From positions 1 to 41,108 of IMG/VR virus record IMGVR_UViG_3300037461_000586: a DNA stretch of 41,108 nt. One strand, given 5' to 3'. Source of the DNA: a virus (lineage: Duplodnaviria; Caudoviricetes). The translations under genes and the position numbers were made by a program. Of this stretch, positions 35,304-41,108 are shown one piece after another (position 1 is the first letter of the stretch; each line of letters starts with the position of its first letter). The notes below the pieces were generated by a model, which was given only the letters and a program-made list of their open reading frames with translations, searched no databases and was not told the DNA's origin.

Positions 35304-36253
35304 ACGAACCCCGGCTCGTCGTTGACGTTGGCAAAGGTTGGCTCGTCGCCAGGCTCTCGCAGCGGAGGCTCCCACGGGGGCGGTTCCGGTTCGAGCAGTG
35401 GGCCAGGTTGCTGTAGCCGTGCGCAGATCGCCTCGTACTGCTTCGTCAGGATCTCCCTGGAGCTCGTGACCCCGAAGGTCACGAACAGCCACTCCTTGAC
35501 CTCCTGGTCGGAGTGCTTGCCGTCTTTCGCCAGGGCGAAGAGGCGCTTTCGTTGCGCTTCAGAAATGACAACCTGGTTGAGCTCGACCTCGGGCTCAACG
35601 ACCTGGGCTCCGGGCAGATCCTCGAGATCCTGCGCGAAGATGTCGGAGGCTGCGGTGGCGGTGAGAATTGCATCGACGTGTGCCCGCTTCTTCGCCATCT
35701 TCAGCACCGTGTTGTACTGGTCGGCAACGTCGGGATTCTCGATCTTCGCCCCGGTCAGCTTGAAGATGTGCCACTGACCGGCATCGGTCTTCTTCGCCAC
35801 ATACCCCTTGCCGCCCAGTAGCTCGGTCGCCTTGTCCTGGTCCTGCTTCCTGGCTTCCCAGTACGCCCCAGGAACGGCTTTCCCGGTGTCCTCGGGCTCG
35901 GCGTTGCGGTAGCGGTACTTCGACTCTGCGGTGGAGCACGACCCCACGCCCTCGGCAACGAGCGTGTTCGAGGGGATGTGCCACAGTGAGCACTTCACCC
36001 GTACTTCACGGTGTTCGCCGGCCAGGGGCACTATCTCTACCTCGAAGCGGGGGGCGAGGCGAAACGTGAACCCCAGCTTCTCGGCCCCGGGCTTGAGAAG
36101 GGACTTCTTCTTGGTGCCGGGAATGGTGCCGTAGTGCTCGCCGTCTTTCATCACGGCCACCATGACCTCTTGGATCTTGCGGACCTGGTTCAGTAGATCG
36201 GGAACAGCCAGTTCGCCGGGTTGCTCTCGCACGGTCAGTTGCTTGTGGTCCAT
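35300..36253 (-). CDS. putative single-strand annealing/recombination protein
   Basis: HYGTIPG...KSLLKPGAEKL, EGVGSCS, NTVLKMAKKRAHVDA...SDIFAQDLED, ISEAQRKRL; adjacent to the exonuclease. Confidence 0.7.
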   Translation of the reverse strand: MDHKQLTVREQPGELAVPDLLNQVRKIQEVMVAVMKDGEHYGTIPGTKKKSLLKPGAEKLGFTFRLAPRFEVEIVPLAGEHREVRVKCSLWHIPSNTLVAEGVGSCSTAESKYRYRNAEPEDTGKAVPGAYWEARKQDQDKATELLGGKGYVAKKTDAGQWHIFKLTGAKIENPDVADQYNTVLKMAKKRAHVDAILTATAASDIFAQDLEDLPGAQVVEPEVELNQVVISEAQRKRLFALAKDGKHSDQEVKEWLFVTFGVTSSREILTKQYEAICARLQQPGPLLEPEPPPWEPPLREPGDEPTFANVNDEPGFV

Positions 36254-36264
36254 GATCCCCTCAT

Positions 36265-36465
36265 CTAGTAGTTGGACAGGTAGTTACGTTCCGGCTCGTC
36301 GAGGAGGCGTGTCCACTCCTCCGACGCTTGCAGCACGTACACCGGCGCGAACGCTTCAGCGGCGACAGCTTTTGCCGCTTCTCTCGCGTCTGCTTCGGTG
36401 TCGTACCGTGGAATTTCGGTCAGACTCTTTGGAGTCATGACGATCCAAAAGGGTCGTTTGGTCAT
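36265..36465 (-). CDS. hypothetical protein
   Basis: AAGGAGG SD; YDTEADAREAAK...VYVL. Confidence 0.65.
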   Translation of the reverse strand: MTKRPFWIVMTPKSLTEIPRYDTEADAREAAKAVAAEAFAPVYVLQASEEWTRLLDEPERNYLSNY

Positions 36466-36548
36466 CTGCGTCCTCCTTCTGTTTGTGTTCGGTCCACGAC
36501 TCGACTGGAACCCTTTTCCCGCAGAGCCGACAAATCACGGTGCGACCA

Positions 36549-37091
36549 TCAAGAGAGGGCAGCCAGTCGGGCTCGGAGCTCGGCATTCTCTTTCTCCAGC
36601 AGTTCGACACTGACTGCGAGATCTAGGAGTGCGTTGGAAATCTCGCCAAGCCTGCGATTCATCACGGTGGCGAGAATGGTCTCAACCGTCCTCGCCACCG
36701 CTCTCCCGGGCGCATCCTTCCCCTGGACGCGCACGAGTCCATCGTCGGTGAGTCGGGCCGATAGTCCCGCGACAACCCGCCCCAGCCCGGGGGTTGCCGT
36801 GGGAGGGCTGCCGGGTTTTGGTGGGGCGGGTGTCGCGGGGGGGGCCTCGGCGCGGACGCGAGCGCCGAAGTGCATTGCGGGTGGTTCGATTCCCGCGGCG
36901 ATGAGGGCCTGCTGAACGTGGTCCAAGTCAGTCAACTTGGCTGGTGGTTCCACAGGGGCAGGGTGCTCTTCTTCCTGGCGCTGGACGTGCTCTTCGAGCG
37001 ATTCCAGAGCCAGAGCCAGATCCGCCGCCAAGCCCGGATCGAGTCGCCTCGTGAGGGCTTTCCGCAGAGCGTCGGTCAATGCGTCAAACAT
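36549..37091 (-). CDS. hypothetical protein, first gene of the leftward operon
   Basis: ATG just downstream of the leftward promoter; helical with Pro-rich linker. Confidence 0.65.
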   Translation of the reverse strand: MFDALTDALRKALTRRLDPGLAADLALALESLEEHVQRQEEEHPAPVEPPAKLTDLDHVQQALIAAGIEPPAMHFGARVRAEAPPATPAPPKPGSPPTATPGLGRVVAGLSARLTDDGLVRVQGKDAPGRAVARTVETILATVMNRRLGEISNALLDLAVSVELLEKENAELRARLAALS

Positions 37092-37101
37092 CGTGGGCCA
37101 C

Positions 37102-37131
37102 CTTATAGACACATAATCAGTCCACAGTCAA
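37102..37131 (-). promoter_or_regulatory. leftward sigma70-type promoter
   Basis: TTGACT (37131-37126)-N18-TATAAG (37107-37102). Confidence 0.55.
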
Positions 37132-37148
37132 GCGGAGGGCACGCCAGC

Positions 37149-37177
37149 TTGCATTGGGGCGAAGATGGGCCTAAGCT
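37149..37177 (+). promoter_or_regulatory. rightward sigma70-type promoter, leaderless transcript
   Basis: TTGCAT (37149-37154)-N17-TAAGCT (37172-37177); ATG 7 nt later at 37185 with no SD. Confidence 0.6.
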
Positions 37178-37184
37178 CCGAAAC

Positions 37185-37469
37185 ATGGAACCCAAACCCA
37201 GGCGCAGACGCCAGTCGAGCGGAGGGGAGGGGTCGGCGCGAGTCGAGATCAAGGCGACGGTCACGCCGGGTCAAAAAGCGCGGGTGGATCGCGCCGCGGC
37301 CTTGCGGGACATGAGCACGATGAACTACGTTCGATCCGCCGTGTTGTCCGCAGTTGAAGCGGACCTCGGCACTCAGCTCAAGCCGGTGACGAGTGGCGAT
37401 CGTGACGATCTGCGCGTTGTGCTGCAACGCCTCGCGGACGTGCTGGTGAGTGCGCTCGGCAAATCTTGA
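37185..37469 (+). CDS. ribbon-helix-helix regulator (DUF1778/CopG-like)
   Basis: VEIKATVTPGQKARVDRAAALRDMSTMNYVRSAVLSAVEAD. Confidence 0.75.
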   Translation: MEPKPRRRRQSSGGEGSARVEIKATVTPGQKARVDRAAALRDMSTMNYVRSAVLSAVEADLGTQLKPVTSGDRDDLRVVLQRLADVLVSALGKS

Positions 37470-37500
37470 CTTATGGCGCTAATGGGCGTACAGATGGCCC

Positions 37501-37677
37501 ATGCGCAAAAAAGTCACCCTTGGGGTTACGGTCGGTCCTGAATTGAAGTTTCACGTCCACCATCCGGACGCGAAACGTATTCGCCGCGCCGCCATGATCC
37601 ACCGGCTGTCGGTGGCATCCTACGTTCGGTCGGCTGTACTGCGGCAGGTTGAAGCTGACGAGCACCGGGAGCGGTAG
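37501..37677 (+). CDS. second ribbon-helix-helix regulator, paralog of 37185-37469 (not in ORF track)
   Basis: Own translation MRKKVTLGVTVGPELKFHVHHPDAKRIRRAAMIHRLSVASYVRSAVLRQVEADEHRER; TTGACT at 37466 upstream. Confidence 0.75.
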   Translation: MRKKVTLGVTVGPELKFHVHHPDAKRIRRAAMIHRLSVASYVRSAVLRQVEADEHRER

Positions 37678-38055
37678 ATGCAACGCCGAACCTACCTGCG
37701 GTCGGTCCTGCCGCAGATCGAGGCCGCGGCCCGGGCTGGCGATGACAAGCTGGTCGTCACCCTCTGGGTCGGCGCGTTTGCGAACGCCCCGGAGGAAGAC
37801 CCCGAGATGTCGGTCCTCGCACGCGAGCGGGACTTTGCGCATATCTGGGCTGCGATGGTTTTAGCCCTGCGCGAGATGCGGCAGGAGGAGCGACAGGAGC
37901 GGCTGCGGTCAAGGCAAACGCGGTACTGGCTGCGCCGGCTCGCCCTCGAAGCGACAGACGTCTTCGGGCCTGCGACACCGATCTGGATGGAGTGGCGGGT
38001 GGTCTCCCGCGAGATGGCGGAGGTAGAGGATGGACGCGGAGCAGTGGTTCACTAG
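37678..38055 (+). CDS. hypothetical protein
   Basis: Abuts the upstream stop; GGGAG SD. Confidence 0.6.
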   Translation: MQRRTYLRSVLPQIEAAARAGDDKLVVTLWVGAFANAPEEDPEMSVLARERDFAHIWAAMVLALREMRQEERQERLRSRQTRYWLRRLALEATDVFGPATPIWMEWRVVSREMAEVEDGRGAVVH

Positions 38056-38299
38056 CCGTGAGGCTGCGAACTTCCTGAAGATCAGCACCGCACGCTTGCG
38101 GGAGCTGATGCGAAAGGGGCATCTGGTCGAGGGGCAGCACTTCACTCGTCCCTCGGGGATGCACCCGCGCTTTCGGCTGTCGGGACTGATTCGGTATCTG
38201 AACCCCCGAAACTGTAGGAAAATTCGCTGGTTACTCAAGGTCATGGAAAATACAAAAGTGAGTAAATACGGGCGTTTTGTATTACATACGTCCGTCTAA
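38030..38299 (+). CDS. excisionase-like/MerR-type HTH DNA-binding protein
   Basis: WFTSREAANFLKISTARLRELMRKG...EGQHF...RF; GGAGG SD. Confidence 0.75.
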   Translation: MDAEQWFTSREAANFLKISTARLRELMRKGHLVEGQHFTRPSGMHPRFRLSGLIRYLNPRNCRKIRWLLKVMENTKVSKYGRFVLHTSV

Positions 38300-38324
38300 A
38301 CCGCAACATTGCGGGCCGGGGTGG

Positions 38325-39602
38325 ATGGTGAAACGGGGCACTGACCTGAAGCTGAAGTTCCGCTGGTTGCGGGTAGAGCTCGGCTTGGCGAGCTGGGAGG
38401 CGAAGGGACTGTTGCAGGCCCTCTGGGATTTCGTAGCTGAGAACGCGCCGTTGGGAGATGTCGGTCGATTCACCGATGACCAGATTGCCGGGGGGATCGA
38501 GTGGACGCGCACGAGCGGGGCGGAGCTGATCGAGGCACTGGTCAAGACCCGATGGCTAGATCGTGACGCAGAGTATCGTGTGGTCGTTCACGATTGGCAT
38601 GAGCATGTCGAGGAGTGGTTGCGGAAAAGAGTGGCACGGGCTGGCGAGACCTTCGTCACGGGACCGAACGTGAAGCGTCAAGGGGTCGTCTACTTCATTC
38701 AGCGACCGTCTACCGGGGCAATCAAGATCGGGTTCTCACAGATGGTCGAGACCCGCATTGAAACCCTGTCCAGAGAATGCGGGGAGCGACTGAACCTTCT
38801 CGCTACGATCCCAGGCGATGAGAGTTTGGAGGCGAAACTACACCGGCAATTTTGCCATCTTGCGCTCGGTGGGGAGTGGTTTCAGGGATCCGATGAGATC
38901 ATATCGGCAGACGTCGGCAGCCACCGGCAGCCACCGGCAGCCGTCGGCAGCCTTCCTGATCCTGATCCTGATCCTGATCCTGATCCTGATCCTGATCCTG
39001 ATCCTAAAGAAAGAAAAGAAAAAGAAAGAACGTCGCCTGCGGCTCCTTCGCTCTCTCGGTTAACGTCGGACTTCGAGGAGTGGTATCGACCCTATCCGCA
39101 CAAAGTGGGTCGGCGTGCGGCGCTGAAGTCGTACATCGCAGCCCGCAAGCGCGGGGCAACGCAAGCTGACCTCGTAGCTGGGCTGGCGCGCTACATCGCG
39201 TCCAAACCGGAAGACAGACCGTGGTGTAACCCGGCGACCTGGCTCAACCAAGATCGCTGGCAAGATCAGGAGGGATCAGATGCAACAGCAAGCGGACCTG
39301 TGGCACGCACCGCTACGCAACTTTCCAGGGAACGGCGCGAGCGCGAGTGGACAGAACAGGCGCGACGTGCGGAGATCGAGCGCAGACGTGCTCGACGAGA
39401 TGCGAGCTCAGGCCACACGGGAGGTGGCGAACCTGGAGGCGCGGTTTCCCGAGATGGGGTGGGAGAACATCGGTCCCGAGGAGATCGAGCGCAACCTGTT
39501 GATCCTCGTGACGATGGAGGAACGGTTCGAGGACTGCCGGCATTGCCAGGGAGCGAAGAGATGCAAGGTGGAGTGGCAGGCAATTCGGCGCGTCGAGGTT
39601 GA
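38325..39602 (+). CDS. phage replication initiator with inserted GIY-YIG (T5orf172) domain
   Basis: N-terminal GLLQALW...VVHDWHEH; insert VVYFIQ...IKIGFS...EAKLHRQF...GEWF; (PD)8 linker; C-terminal FEEWYRPYPHKVGR...PATWLNQDRW. Confidence 0.85.
   Translation: MVKRGTDLKLKFRWLRVELGLASWEAKGLLQALWDFVAENAPLGDVGRFTDDQIAGGIEWTRTSGAELIEALVKTRWLDRDAEYRVVVHDWHEHVEEWLRKRVARAGETFVTGPNVKRQGVVYFIQRPSTGAIKIGFSQMVETRIETLSRECGERLNLLATIPGDESLEAKLHRQFCHLALGGEWFQGSDEIISADVGSHRQPPAAVGSLPDPDPDPDPDPDPDPDPKERKEKERTSPAAPSLSRLTSDFEEWYRPYPHKVGRRAALKSYIAARKRGATQADLVAGLARYIASKPEDRPWCNPATWLNQDRWQDQEGSDATASGPVARTATQLSRERREREWTEQARRAEIERRRARRDASSGHTGGGEPGGAVSRDGVGEHRSRGDRAQPVDPRDDGGTVRGLPALPGSEEMQGGVAGNSARRG
38913..39030 (+). 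repeat. candidate origin: 10-bp-period CGGCAGCC repeats, (CCTGAT)8 and an A-rich purine tract
   Basis: CGGCAGCC x4 at 10-bp spacing (38915-38952), CCTGAT x8 (38955-39002), AAAGAAAGAAAAGAAAAAGAAAGAA (39006-39030). Confidence 0.7.
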
Positions 39603-39711
39603 TGTGCACGGGGCTGTGCGTCTCTGGTACGGAACATGCCGGGAGGCACGACCGCTGCGTTACTGGAACGCGAAGACGAGCACATGGCGGTTCAAGGATG
39701 GCTGCCCGTAG
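39280..39711 (+). CDS. Zn-binding protein resembling the N-terminus of helicase loaders (no ATPase domain)
   Basis: GGAGGG SD; CRHCQGAKRC...C; overlaps the initiator ORF in another frame. Confidence 0.55.
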   Translation: MQQQADLWHAPLRNFPGNGASASGQNRRDVRRSSADVLDEMRAQATREVANLEARFPEMGWENIGPEEIERNLLILVTMEERFEDCRHCQGAKRCKVEWQAIRRVEVDVHGAVRLWYGTCREARPLRYWNAKTSTWRFKDGCP

Positions 39712-39750
39712 CGGCGTTTGACTTCACGATTCGAAACCGAGGAGGAAACG

Positions 39751-39930
39751 ATGGGAAGGAAAACATCAGGCAAAGTCGGGGTCGAGCATCTGCTCGCGTG
39801 CGAGAAGGCGATCGAGGAGATCGACGCGGTGCTCTCGAAGTACAACCTTGGGGGCCGGCGCAAGCGCAAAGCGAGCAAGCGTGAGACTTCGAGCTCGCAA
39901 GGTCCAGGCACGACCTGGGATGAATCCTAG
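39751..39930 (+). CDS. small basic hypothetical protein
   Basis: GAGGAGG SD. Confidence 0.6.
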   Translation: MGRKTSGKVGVEHLLACEKAIEEIDAVLSKYNLGGRRKRKASKRETSSSQGPGTTWDES

Positions 39931-40187
39931 ACTGGTCTGACTTCGTGCCGGAACACGGCGCGCGCCGCGGGGCCTGCTTTGGCGTTCCAGGCGGCGATCG
40001 CGTCCTCGGGAGTGTCGGAGATCCCCCGACCTCCCGGGCCCCGGGCTCCGCACCGCGGGCACTCAACCGTGAACGTGCCATCTCGCCGCGTGAGGATTCT
40101 GGGGCTTCGGTTCCGGCAGAAGGGGCAATGATAGGGCTTCGGGCCGTGCGTCGATTCTTGGGGGGTTTCTGTGCGTGTGGTGGGCAT
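39927..40187 (-). CDS. Lar-family restriction alleviation protein
   Basis: PYHCPFC...VECPRCGARGP...EDAIAAWN. Confidence 0.8.
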   Translation of the reverse strand: MPTTRTETPQESTHGPKPYHCPFCRNRSPRILTRRDGTFTVECPRCGARGPGGRGISDTPEDAIAAWNAKAGPAARAVFRHEVRPV

Positions 40188-40199
40188 TGTGGCTCCAGG

Positions 40200-40481
40200 C
40201 TAGAACAGGGCAAGCTGTGCGCGGCGGTCCTTTTCCTCGGCTGCGGTCGGGGTTCGGCGCAGGTAATACTCTCGCCGACCCCGGAACACGAAGAGCACTT
40301 CCCCGTGGTCGATCGCAATCCGGTTGACCTCGGGGCGTCCCTCTCGGTACGCCAGCCAGCGCATCAAGTCGGCCTCGCTGATGCCCTTCCACGGGCCGTC
40401 CTGCCCTTCCTCGATAATCTGGTAGGGCTGGCGCCGTTCCGGTGGCGGTTCGTACATGGTCAAGCGGAATGGTTCAGTCAT
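40200..40481 (-). CDS. hypothetical protein
   Basis: Coupled minus-strand operon; ends with QLALF (beta-clamp-like motif). Confidence 0.55.
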   Translation of the reverse strand: MTEPFRLTMYEPPPERRQPYQIIEEGQDGPWKGISEADLMRWLAYREGRPEVNRIAIDHGEVLFVFRGRREYYLRRTPTAAEEKDRRAQLALF

Positions 40482-40650
40482 CTGCTCGCTTTTGTGGCGC
40501 AGGTCGCTGGCGGTTGGGTGTGCCGTGCGGTACATATCCCGTGCCTCCACATCTGCGGCATGTGCGGGCGTAAAATCCGCGGTTGCTAGGTCGCCGTTCG
40601 GCTCGATAGCCGCAACCTAAGCAGAGTTCGCAGCGTTCTTGATCGTTCAT
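40474..40650 (-). CDS. DnaJ-type CxxCxGxG zinc-finger protein
   Basis: CELCLGCG...CRRCGGTG; AAGGAG SD. Confidence 0.65.
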   Translation of the reverse strand: MNDQERCELCLGCGYRAERRPSNRGFYARTCRRCGGTGYVPHGTPNRQRPAPQKRADD

Positions 40651-40718
40651 CAACGTCTCCTTGTCGTCCCGAAGAGGACCGCTAGGGCGATGACCATGCC
40701 GATGATGATCTCGATCAT
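40650..40718 (-). CDS. 22-aa hydrophobic micro-peptide
   Basis: MIEIIIGMVIALAVLFGTTRRR; coupled at both ends. Confidence 0.5.
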   Translation of the reverse strand: MIEIIIGMVIALAVLFGTTRRR

Positions 40719-40858
40719 GGTCTCGCCTTGTCGAGCACGGCAGCGCAGAGATACTGGCCTCGACTGCCGGTGCGGACGATGCGGAGATAGGGACCATCGG
40801 GCATAACACGACCGTACAGGCCGCGCAGGTCGAGCGGCGGGGAGTTGGTGGGATTCAT
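40715..40858 (-). CDS. 47-aa hypothetical protein; homolog of 1-157 (not in ORF track)
   Basis: MNPTNSPPLDLRGLYGRVMPDGPYLRIVRTG...; ATGA coupling. Confidence 0.65.
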   Translation of the reverse strand: MNPTNSPPLDLRGLYGRVMPDGPYLRIVRTGSRGQYLCAAVLDKARP

Positions 40859-41043
40859 GGCAGCACCCAGACAATGCACGCCGCAGCGACGATCGAGTTG
40901 AGCACCAGGAGCGCGGCGACAAGGCGGCGGGCCCTGCGACGTTGCCAGGCGAGCAGTCGGGCCTCCGCGGCGTCCCGGCGTTCGAGCTCCGCGACGGCGG
41001 CTAGGGTACGAGCACGGCGAAAGGTGTAGCGGGTGGCGTGCAT
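40855..41043 (-). CDS. small membrane protein; allele of 154-342
   Basis: MHATRYTFRRARTLA...EARLLAWQ shared with 154-342. Confidence 0.8.
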   Translation of the reverse strand: MHATRYTFRRARTLAAVAELERRDAAEARLLAWQRRRARRLVAALLVLNSIVAAACIVWVLP

Positions 41044-41108
41044 TGTCAGTCCCCCTAGTGCAGCCGGGCGCGGCCGACTATGTTGCCGTTGCTGTCACGG
41101 AGCGGGAT
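41021..41108. repeat. exact 88-bp repeat of 320-407
   Basis: Direct comparison. Confidence 0.95.

Noticed and set aside
1-41108. tRNA, rRNA, integrase/att site, IS element
   Set aside because: None recognisable by eye; tRNAscan, Infernal and HMM scans would be needed to exclude them formally.

Overview
This window looks like an essentially complete ~40.7 kb tailed-phage genome with podovirus-type architecture. The last 88 bp (41021-41108) are identical to 320-407, giving a circular unit of 40,701 bp, and bases 1-319 are a diverged second allele of ~40700-41020. Layout: small early genes on the minus strand (39.9-41.1 kb and 0-1.4 kb); a G/C-tract, possibly pac-like region (~1.7 kb); a long plus-strand late operon (TerS, TerL, P22-like portal, scaffold, N4-gp56-type major capsid, lysis genes, tail tube/nozzle proteins, ejection proteins, and a 2063-aa polyvalent protein with ParB-like, HExxxH and LPD38-like regions); a minus-strand recombination block (Hjc-like resolvase, GIY-YIG, Cas4-like exonuclease, annealing protein); a divergent control region with two paralogous ribbon-helix-helix genes; and a replication initiator with an inserted GIY-YIG domain. 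I found no integrase, polymerase, tRNA, CRISPR array or reverse transcriptase. The most unusual feature is at least seven late-operon proteins with Sec or lipoprotein signal peptides. Several are Cys-rich and carry mucin-like Thr-Pro tracts, share a TPAxxxQxVPNT motif, and contain domains resembling phage virion-surface domains. This suggests a phage-encoded, exported surface or virion appendage system. All family assignments are from motif recognition by eye, not database searches.
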